Shown: positions 53,848 to 64,000 of the stretch, piece after piece
Layout: every line of letters starts with the position of its first letter
Position numbering within the stretch: the stretch's first letter is position 1
Source: Blasia pusilla
Lineage: Eukaryota
Direction of reading: 5' to 3'
Assembly: GCA_050084515.1 (NCBI GenBank)
Contig: CM114271.1
Coordinates: 39,990,001-40,054,000 of the forward strand
DNA length: 64,000 nt
The notes under the pieces: model-generated
Told to the model about the DNA's origin: nothing
Seen by the model: only the letters and a program-made list of their open reading frames with translations
The model's database searches: none
Position numbers and translations under genes: made by a program

Positions 53848-54826
53848 AATGAACTAACAAAGTCTCAAGACCAAGGACGAAGCTCCATGTATCTTAACAA
53901 AGATCGCAAGAGCGAGAAAGCTAAGTATTTGGTAACAAAGTACTTGAAGACAAAGCACCAAGATGAAGTACAAAGTACTTGGAACGAAGACGAAGAGCAA
54001 AGATCTTCGCCAATCAAGGAAGAACAAAGATGCCAAGAACTTCGCAACCAAGAGAGGAGTGTCTGCGATTTCAAGCGACACACCGTTAGAGTAGTTAGGC
54101 TAGGAACAGACATGACTCTTTAGAGCAGATAGGAAGGTAGGGCAGGTAGTGCCACCAAATTCCTAGGGATTATAGGAAAAGCCGAGAGAATCTAAAGTAG
54201 TTAAAATATCCCAAGAGGTGTCTACTTCTCAAGAAGTGCTTCAGATCAGTGGCACTGATACCGTTTGAGCGACTATTCAAAGATCATCAAAGTAGTTCCT
54301 AGTATCATTCTCTTACGACATCCTTATGTTGTAGGAATGGTCCGAGCAAGGGAGTAGTACCCTTTTGAGCTTGTAAACATTTTGGAGCCTTCTTATTCTT
54401 GATGGAATAGCAGAGACCTCCTTTCTTTACTCTGATGTGCGATGTCTATGAATGATCTTCTTGGGTCTGCAAAGTGAGGAGTGGATTAGGAGAGAAGATT
54501 TTACCAAAAGAATGATCAGTAGTGAGATGTAAGAAATCTTTGACAAAGAGTAGCCTGCCATGACGGATTGAGTTCCGAGAGTAGGAAGAGCCATCTCATT
54601 GATGAGATCTCTGCGAGGTTCTTTTGTGTTGAGTGAGGATGTGCGAGAGTTTTTGTGCTATTCCATTAGAAAACATAAAAAGAAGGAAATCTTGGTACTT
54701 GTTGGAGAAAGAATGTCCCGATGAATGCATGTATTCGACTTATATACACATCTTGATCACTTTTACATGATAACAAACACATCAAACTCTCTCTTCAAAC
54801 AATAGCGATCTTCTTGGGGATCGAAC
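53846..54826 (+). mobile_element. Probable LTR followed by a degenerate tRNA primer-binding site (gypsy-type relic); LTR start uncertain
   Basis: Ends ..CTCTCTTCAAACA at 54801, followed by TAGCGATCTTCTTGGGGATCGAAC (54803-54826). That sequence is complementary to a tRNA 3' end including the T-loop GTTCGATCCCC. Confidence 0.4.
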
Positions 54827-57800
54827 TTCACAATTCTTCATTAAAAATATTATTTTCTATTATCCTTGTACATTATAGCAACACTTAAGATTGAAGTTCA
54901 AGGAAAGTAGGTCCATAATACGTAATATCAAAGCTAATCCTTGGTGAGCATGAACTTGGGGCTGTGAGAGATCTAGACGTTTGAGAGAGGTGTCACGTCT
55001 TTTAGGATAGATCAGTGAGATCTAGTAGAGTGTCTTTGCGAGCAGTGGAGAATAGGCTTAGGAGGTCAAGAATGACATGCTGAGGCCCCGAGAAACCTGA
55101 GAGAGTAGGTATTCCCTTCGTTTCGGCTCATTTGGAGCCATATTTAGGAACTTACTATTTTAGGTTAATACCATTTTGAGTATATGGTCGACTTACTATT
55201 GTTGATCAGTGGCCTTTGACCTCTTACATTAGGTCAAGAGCCAAGGAGATGACTTGGGAGCATATGTTACCATGGAGAGAGCTTGGGAGAGGGGAGGGAT
55301 ATACTTCAAGGAGAGAGAGCTTGAGACCTCATTCTCTCTTTGTTGAACCTCTTGGCATGAGGCGGCTCAGCTATAGTCCCTTGCCTTGTGAGTGTAACCG
55401 AAGCCTCTCATTAGGAGAATGGGTTTGGTTTGACATTGAGAGAGACATGTGAGAGTGCACACATGTGAGAACTATGGTATTGTGAGAGAGATTCGATCTT
55501 ATTTTATTGGAGATATTTTGGTACTTCTTGTCTCGTTGTTTGGATGCCACGAGTAAGCATGGGACCGTGCATGTTTTTTTGTGTATTCGGTGACAACGAT
55601 GTATATTTTGTAGTGATGTGTATGCGCACGACGGAGGAGAGTACCAATGTAGATTTGTATGTGGGCATATGGGCATATCCCCTTCCGTTAACATTGGAAT
55701 GAAGTTCTTACAAGGATTAGTGTGGGCCAAAACGGTTTGGCCCACACTAACCCACAACCTAAACACTAAAAACTCCATTCCAAGGGTAACCCATATTCTA
55801 CCTGGCTCCTCTTGACTTGAAGAGGCCGCACATGCCTCTGTATCATGGTCCATATAAAGTGCCCAAGTGGAGTATAAGTAGTGGGTAGCAACCAAGATCC
55901 ATTTTCATAAAGACATTTGTATGGTATGCATGAAGACAATAAGCTTGTATAAACGAAGTGCAAGAGACATTACGGAACACTATAATTTTGTGCTCGTGCA
56001 AAGCTCTTAGTGACATGGATGGAAATAAAAGATAGGCATAACGAAATCCTCACTTTGCTTTGAAATTTTTTCCTTTCTTTTCCCTTATTGCTTTGGGAAA
56101 AGAAGTTATTGTTTCTTTTTCCAACCCATACTTTCTCAATTAGGAACACATAATCAATCATTTTGATCCTCCTTCTTCCAAAATATAATAGAAAATTTAT
56201 TCTCGAGTCCCAATCAAGCTTGAAAATTAAATTGAATTTAGAGAATAAAACAAGTTTCATTAATTTGAATAATGATTCTTATCACGTCATTCTCTTATTA
56301 TCATTTCTCATAGTTTTCAAAAAAAAGTGTTATTTTCTCTCCTCATTAAGTTTATGAATTATTTTAAACAAAATTTTATATCTTAACCTTAAAATAAATA
56401 AATTTGTAGACATCAATTTTTATTTGAGCCTTGAATTGGGTAACACGTGTCAAAATTTTATTTCCAAAATTTTCCATGTGTCAACGATTCCAAATTCAAA
56501 ATGATGAAACTTTTTCCTTTTCCAAATATATGTATTTTACATCCAAACGATACGTATTTGGCCAACTTTTGGAAAAAATACCAGCCATTGATTCTATAGG
56601 ATCCATAAGTGTTTTTGTGACGCAAGAGGAGTTGATTAGGGTTTAGGATATGCTCATAGAAGACAATATACAAGTATTTAAATTGAAACAATTTATATAT
56701 AGTTCTCGAGGAAATGGAATCAAGAGCATAATTTCAATTGCGAGTATCCATGTGAGTGCATCGGTATCATCTCTATTGCAGTTTGGTAGAGAGCGAATAA
56801 CAAGCATTCCCACAAAAGTCGTTACTTTCAAATGCTCGAAATATTTGACATTGTTACTTTTAAATGCTTTCAAGTGTACGAGTATTGCTATAAGCTAGCC
56901 ACACTCTATATTCTTGATGTCTATAGGTGCTTGTTCTATTCGAAGCTCCCATTATTGTTATCCATATATGTTATTAACTCACATGTTATAAGTTCTCTGC
57001 ATAGAAAATGTACTCTAATTTTTTCTCTATTTTCTAACCTTTCTCATTTTCGTTCTCATAATACATACGGTTATAATGATTAATTATTTGAAGTGGTTAC
57101 ATTTATAAGGGCACATAAAATAAATATCCCATCTTCATGTGGGAGCATCTCCGTCACGTATCATCGAACATCTTTGTTGCATTTCTGCATCTCTTCATCT
57201 TGAATATCTTTGTCACTATACAAAAGAATGAAGTTTTTGTTATTAATAATGCTTCTGTGGAGCTCTAGAAAGGTAAGATAAATAGCTCGTAGGAAGACAA
57301 GAACAAAGTCTACGCAATCAAAGGGGAAGAAGCAAACTCAACTTTTAAGTTCCAAAAATACTATGACATTAAATATGCAGATACTTTATCTTTAGATGAT
57401 ATGTTGTACGTATACATATCGCTACACAACCCACATCGTTGGTCACATCTACATACCACACAACACTGATCTTCCCCAACATATAAGTAGATCCACACAT
57501 AAATGAAATATACTCACGCATATACACTCCACTCATGAGTAGTAAACACGACTCACCCGACCTAAAACTCCACTCATGAATCTACATCGGCATATCGAAC
57601 CACATCCACCCTCTGCTATGAGGGAATCCGGACGCTAGCACCCTAAATCCTACACATTCACATACGTCTATGCAAGAGAGGCGCTCCTAAGGCTCAACAT
57701 GAGAAAGATGGTTTGAGAAAGCCATCTCTCTCACTCTTATACCCTTGGGAAGAGCCTTTTTGGCTCTTCCCCCAAAAATAGCCCTACCAACATTAACTTG

Positions 57801-58040
57801 CGTGCACAGGTTATTGGGCGACCGTTGACTCGTTCAACGGTTCACCGATGGACTAAAACCAAAATAGGGAAATCGCCATAAACGACGTTCTCGACACAAC
57901 AGACCTGTCGCCAACCTCATCCAACATCTCGGGACAAAGTTACACCCGAACAGCCCGCTGACTTTCTATGTTGTCGACGCGATAGAACTCTACCTACGTC
58001 GAAAAAAATATGACAAATTCAAAATGGTCTCAATCTACTT

Positions 58041-58789
58041 ATGGATATGTATGCTTTCATGATTATCCCAATTCGACAAAGGCGCACTGTTTTGACACTA
58101 AGAAATAGAGATATCGATAAGATAAATGATAATGTCATGTCTCAATTTCATGAAAAGGTAATGACACATTTCTATTTTTATAAATATATTTTAGAATTAA
58201 ATATTACATATGTTCATGACTATATATAATGAATGCATGTATGTTATATATAGGAGCATATTTTTCTCATTATCAAACCCGTTTTGAATTAGGGGATGAG
58301 TCATAACTACTTGAAAAGATTCTTCAACACATGCTTACCTTCCGGATTATCACCGCAATGTTTGTGTTTGAAAATAGGTGCATCCATTATGTTGTCACAA
58401 AACATGAATGGTTGGAAGAGACAAGCCACTTGTATGCAATTAATGGTTGAAGAATTTGTGCAACATATGATGAATGCACAAATTATCACATGGAAGAACA
58501 TTGGAGATCGCTTTTTCATTATGGGCATTCCCTTGACCACATCCAAATTTGATTTACTTTTTGATATGCGTAGACTTCAATTTCTCATTCGTATTGCTTT
58601 TGCTATGATTATTTGTAAGTCGCATGATTAAAATCTATAAAAAGTTTGAATTTATTTGTCTTTTATTTTACCAAATATGACTAACACTCTCCACATTCAA
58701 GTAGACGATGAATAAAATTCATAACATACTTCATAAAAAATTAGAAATGACATAAATATTTTTGATAAAGGTATTTTTACCGCCCCTAG
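58041..58789 (+). pseudogene. Helitron1-type PIF1 helicase C-terminal relic with candidate CTAG 3' end
   Basis: RTVLTLRNRDIDKIN; PSGLSPQCLCLKIGASIMLSQNMN; RRLQFLIRIAFAMIICKS (canonical RRQFPVRLAFAMTINKSQG). CTAG|T at 58786-58790. Confidence 0.8.
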
Positions 58790-59604
58790 TACTAGGCCGT
58801 AATAACGACTTTGCTTTTTTCCTGCCGCCATGTATACTTTTGGTGAAGGTTTGGGGGGTGGCTCCGGAGTGTAGAGGTAGGAGAATGAAAGTTCTCGTGT
58901 AAGTCATTTTCAACCGTGGATGGGTTCTCCTTCAACGGTGGTGAATCGTGATTAATAAAAGCAAAATCACTCGTCCCCTCCCTTTGTTCTCCCCATGTTG
59001 CAATGTTACTCCTTTGTTTTCCCGGACTCTTCCCATGCCGTGCTGTAATGCAGCGATGACGATAATGTAAACGTCGTATTTCTATTCTCCTTCTGGGTTA
59101 CTCCTTACGAATCCAAAACGGAAACCATGCCGCGTATTGGTGAGGATTATAAGGTTCATGCACAGAACTGGGACGGACTGACCCCCGAGACGGAGGTGGG
59201 GAAGAAGTACATTTTTCGTATTCTTCTTCTCCCCGCCGGTTACTCCACGTCGTGTTGTTCCCCGATCTTTCAAAACCTGTTTCCGGATTGCCAGAGAACC
59301 GGAAGTTGCATGTGTTAACTCGGTTTGTCACGCGGTATTAGTAATAAAAACCTGTCCCCCATACCCTCTTAAAAAATTCTAAACCGGGCCGCATACTGGT
59401 TCAAAGGCTGTTCAAACCCGCTAACCACACGTGCATCTTACATGCCCATCATTCGCAAGGCATTTTATTCATGTCCATAAGAGATTTTCCATACGGCCTT
59501 CCTATAAGAGAAGTTTTCTTCACGTGTCAATCCGGTGCCAAGAAGAAAGAAAGGAGTTTTCTCATAATAATATAGACTTCAAATAATATCCGGACTGGCA
59601 CGCA

Positions 59605-59875
59605 TAAAAGAAGGGATATACACTTAAAGAGAAATTGGGATGGAAAACCCATCACGTAAAGAGGTTTTTTTCTTTTAACGTCGCCGTATAGTATACGTTC
59701 GGAAGACGTCCAACCATGCATGCACAGAAAGAAAGACAGAGCCATGCCAGAGGAGTAGTGTGACTGACAGCCATTACGACGACCGTCATCCGGGTCCCCA
59801 TCTACTACTGAAAGAAAGATGCACTTCATAAAAACGAGTGATGGAAAACCCATCGGAAGTACAAAAGGGTCTACT
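59605..59875 (-). mobile_element. Two very short 3'-end fragments of the RLE/CRE-like family
   Basis: GATGGAAAACCCATC at 59639-59653 and 59840-59854. The flanking cactt..aaa and catcgg.agtacaaaag context matches the 3' UTRs at 8440-8480 and 63660-63700. Confidence 0.5.
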
Positions 59876-60181
59876 ACTGGTCTCATTCATTCATTACGGA
59901 AATATTAAAAGCTCCTCAGCTGTTGCACAGCCTCCGTACCTGTCAGTGTACAGCCTCGATCACGTCTTCGGCTCTGTTCTGCTGCCTTCCTTATCGAGTG
60001 TGACACCGTCGATTCCGATGGGCGAAGGAACTCCCTCGCGGCATCTATATGCATTCCCGTAGTGGGAGGCTCTGGCAGTCGTCTCACAACGAGCGGGAAG
60101 TGGAGCGGACCGAGGAGGAGGAGCTGTGGGAGCGGGAGCGGGTTTTGCACCGACTTTCTGGTTGGACGAGGCGAAGAATCG

Positions 60182-61559
60182 ATGGGGAAGCTGGTGCCGA
60201 TTGCGGTGGTGGTGTTCCTGGGGCTCGCGGTCGTCAGTGCAGGTGCCGTTAGGACTCACGAGCGTTTCTCGCAGAGCACTTACTACGCGCCTTCGGACCT
60301 CACTTACGAGACGCCGGCGAAGGTCGACGAGACGCCCCTGGAGGTGGAGGATCGCATGAAGGGAGAACCGCAGGATACCGCCCCAGCTGTTGTGAACACG
60401 GACCAGTCGGCTCCTGACCTTATTCCCGTGGAGGCCACCCTGAAGCCCGAAGCCACTCCTGACTCCGAAGTTCCTGAGCGCTACACCGAATATCGAGGAA
60501 CATCGTATACCACCACGGGCGATTTCGTGTCCGACGCGAGGCCATGGTGGTTCAATCCCCAGTATGCAAGCTATGGAAATCCCGAGGGAGTAAACGTTCC
60601 GCAGCGTTATCCCAGTAATTTCGATCCCAGGTACTACGCGAGCTTCAATGGTGGGCGATTTCCCCAGGGTAACTACTACCCTCAGTATTCTCAGCAGCAA
60701 GGCAACTACCCTCAGTATGCTCGGTCAAGGAGCTTCTCCCACTTCAGCGGCTCTAATGGTGGCGTTCCATACGAGAGCACTGGCGGAGGCTGTCCAACTC
60801 AGTAAGATCCCCCCCGAGCCCATCATATCTCTTTTTAGTTTTCACCGTCTCCTGTTGCCCAGACTTCTCAAAGTAACGCGCGTGATAGTCGGCGAGGTCG
60901 CTGATTACGTTTTCTCCACGTGGTCCAGTTCTCTCTGTCCTGTCACTCTATCGCTTCGCGCCATCACGAGAGGGCCTAGGCGTTTCCGTTCCGTAACGAA
61001 TCTCAATTTGTCAGTCGCATATTTGCACACTTGCTCAGTAGATGATGGCTGAGTAGGGCTTCATCATCTTGCAGTCGCACGTCAGTGACTGAGATTCCAT
61101 CTTTCCGTTCATGAATAGGTGGAGCGTATCAGCTCCACTCTTCCGGATCGTCTATGTTTTATTTTCCGTGTAGAGCTGCCTTAAAATCTGACCTGTCACG
61201 AAATGTCCTCAATCATCAGGTATTGGATTTCGAATACTCAACGATGGCCCGATTTCTTCACTGTGAAGTCAACCGTGGGAGACGCTTTCGGGACTCCTGC
61301 TACCAGTGTTTTCGGCGAGACAACGATTCTACAGGCTCTTCTCAATACGCGTCCAGACGGATATAGCTCTTTGCTGCGCAATGGAGCCACCGCCATCTTG
61401 AACGCGTACAGTCGATCTCACTACAAGTTCTCTCATGTGAAAGTTATCGAGAGCTTCAATGCGGCTCTGGTTTCTCGCCAAGCTGCGGCTCAGCAGTCGG
61501 CCATGTTCGACGAGGCCAACGTGAGTTCTTACTCAGAACAGTACAACTCCTGCGCGTAA
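60182..61559 (+). CDS. Secreted protodermal factor 1 (PDF1)-like cell-wall protein, 2 exons (60182-60801, 61220-61559)
   Basis: Signal peptide MGKLVPIAVVVFLGLAVVSAGA and splice junction CA|gtaag..cag|G. The C-terminal domain C..YW..W..TVGDAFG..ILQALLNTRPDGYSSLLRNGATAILNAY..F..AL.S..AAAQQ..F..AN matches the PDF1/WM5 family. Confidence 0.85.
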
Positions 61560-63644
61560 GCATTGAAATTGTGGTAACAGCACACCAGCATTGGAAGTCT
61601 GCAGACCTGCCTTTCGAAGCCCACATAGCGACGCTTCAGGGCCGCATGGAAGAAGGCTTCGGCTTAAGCATAGTTCGGAGTAGCCCGGGCTCGGGCAAAA
61701 CTCGTCACGTGCCTGACTTTGGGAAACATTACTCCGTAGATATTATTTCTGGTGCGTATTTGCAATGTAGAATGCGTATAATAGCCATACTTGACTGAGG
61801 ACTTTTGCCACAACCCGCCGACTATGGGCATTGTATCATATTGTTTGCAGTTGTCGACATCAAATCGTTACATCCTCCTTTCTCTGTAATTCGCTACGTG
61901 TGATTATTCACGTAGATGGAGAAAAAGCCGAGATAGGAATGCGGATGCAATCACTGTAGCATTTGTCCCATTCAGTAATTCGATGGTGTCGACCATTTTG
62001 CTCATGCGTGTATAGTCAAAGTGGTGGAGAGGCCCGTGCTGCAGTAGCATAATTGGCGGACTTCTATCGAACGGTGTCAGCACGCCCGATGATGTCAATT
62101 CGGGATTATGACTTATCCCGAAAGAAACATGTTCCGCGTAGTCTTGCACTTAATGTGTAGCGGAAGTGCCAACCTGCTATCTTTGGTCGCTGTCGGGCGC
62201 CCAAAGATAGCAGGTTGGGCAGTCGTAACTTTTGCTATCCACATTGTCTACGCATTTCAGAAAGAAAGCATATCTCCGTGGCAATCTCCACCCGCGAAAT
62301 GATGAATTGTGGTATCATCCTTCACTGCCACTCTGCTAAATGGACTTGGGAACGTGGCCGACATCGCACTATGAAGCTATATCCATGAGAATGCTCCTCT
62401 CGAAAAGCAAGGCCGAACTTGTGGATGATGATAGTATGCTGCGGTCGACAGCCAGCACGTAAGACCTGAAACAAGATTAAACGCCTGTTTCGTCTCTTTC
62501 ATAAAATATGTTTTCTCACCAAGTTCGCAGGAAACGTTATGAATTATTATCAGAACGTTATGGGAAAGTAAAAACTGGTGGGAGATGACGATAGAGAAAA
62601 TACAGAAAAGTTTTGAATCCAAAAATTATCTGTATCACTCCTTCTATTCTTGACACACCCAAAAGCAGGAAATTCCTAAGTCTGGAAAAGCCACGCAAGT
62701 TATCTTGTAAATCACAAGAAGTTACATGTATGCAAACTATTTGCAAATTAGTATTAGAGAAAGTAGAAAATTCTACCTCACAAATGATGCTCGTGAAAAC
62801 TGTGAAGAAATTTCTTCTACCCTGTCAGAATCTGGAAGAGGATAGTGGCCAGGATCGTCGGGAGCGGGAAGATGTGGCCAAATCATGATAACGAATTGTA
62901 AACCCTTTCCGACATGTGCCGGACAAAGATTGGCAAGTCGGAGAACTGTCGGCTTGCGAAGCCGGTACACACGCTCTACACCAGCTAACCAGAGATCACC
63001 TTAACTGAATGCACTCCAGAGCCCACACCAATTCTCGTGGGATGGTGGTTCCACAAACATCTGCGCATTAAAGACGCGAGCGAGCCGATTCATCGGCCGT
63101 GAGTTGGTAAAGGTTGTACGCATGAGCAATAAAAGTGACTGCGTTGAGCCGTGTCCGTAGGAGAATTCCGCCAACACGCGTCGGAACCTAAAGACCACGA
63201 GCTGTAGTGACTCGGTAACTGGTACAAAACCACGCCTGCGTGATTGAGGGTTTCGGCAGAATCGGCACCCGGGTCATAACCATGCCTCTCGCTTTCTCTC
63301 TAGAGCAGGCTTCGTCAGCTTTGAGCGGTTCAGAGTTTCGGCGACCGGACCCCTTTGGCCAGGGTTTCGGTAACCGGATCCTATCCATGCCTCTCTGTGC
63401 GTTTCAGTGGCCACGGCGCCGCGCACAGGGTGAGAAAGAAAGTGCAGCTGCGGCAGCTACCGCGGGAAGGATACCGGTAACTGAGCGGAGTCGGTGCCGT
63501 CCCGTTTCGTGGCTGTGAAGTTACAGACCGACAGGTTTCTGTTTGTTGCAGCAGCCGACCCAATGACACGACCGACCAGAAGTCAGAGCTCACATGCGGC
63601 CATCATCGTGTGACTCATACGCTTGAGATGGTCCTTCTCCGGAG

Positions 63645-64000
63645 TGGGAAAAAAGGAATGATGCACTTCAATAAAAACGCATCGGTAGTACAAAAGAGGA
63701 CGACTCAAAGAGTAAAATCTGAACGCGACAACAAGACCAGAAAAGGAAGAAGGTGGCATTCCCCCCAACGACGAAACTCACCAACAGCAGTGACAATATC
63801 AGCAATAACAAGAGAACTATGACTACTATTAAGTGGGCCTCTAGTTCCGGCGTTTCGCACTGCCTCTAGCTCTGGCGTTTCGCACTGCCTCTCGCGTAGG
63901 ATCTGTAACTACCACGTCCGCCACCACCACCTCAGCCTCTCGTATCATGTAAGGATCAGCTCAAATAAGGGAATCCCGCATGGAGTAGTGCCTTTCTTTG
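63645..64000 (-). mobile_element. Internally deleted copy of the RLE/CRE-like non-LTR element (runs off the window)
   Basis: 63774-63853 aligns with 8562-8640, and 63896-64000 aligns with ~8952-9057. Confidence 0.8.

Noticed and set aside
59960-60700. 246-aa minus-strand ORF
   Set aside because: Antisense shadow of the PDF1-like exon 1.

Overview
Eukaryotic nuclear DNA from a land plant, probably a non-seed plant. That assignment is inferred from short GT-AG introns, a bryophyte-like plastid rps11 fragment and the transposon types. Recognisable genes are a divergent mono-ubiquitin ending GG-PISW, a 10-exon G-patch protein gene (GDP1/GPATCH4-like, minus strand), an 8-exon HUS1, a UVR+SnoaL/NTF2-like gene and a 2-exon secreted PDF1-like gene. 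There is also one putative spliced gene of unknown function. The rest is largely transposon-derived. The largest element is a ~10.4 kb decayed Helitron2/Helentron-type element with candidate subterminal inverted repeats and unexplained accessory ORFs. Other TE sequences are at least six copies or fragments of a short non-autonomous Helitron, a separate Helitron1-type PIF1 relic, five copies or fragments of an RLE-type (CRE-like) non-LTR retrotransposon, a CACTA relic and LTR relics. A 555-bp insert carrying plastid rps11 DNA lies between 103-bp direct repeats. All calls are by eye, with no database searches.
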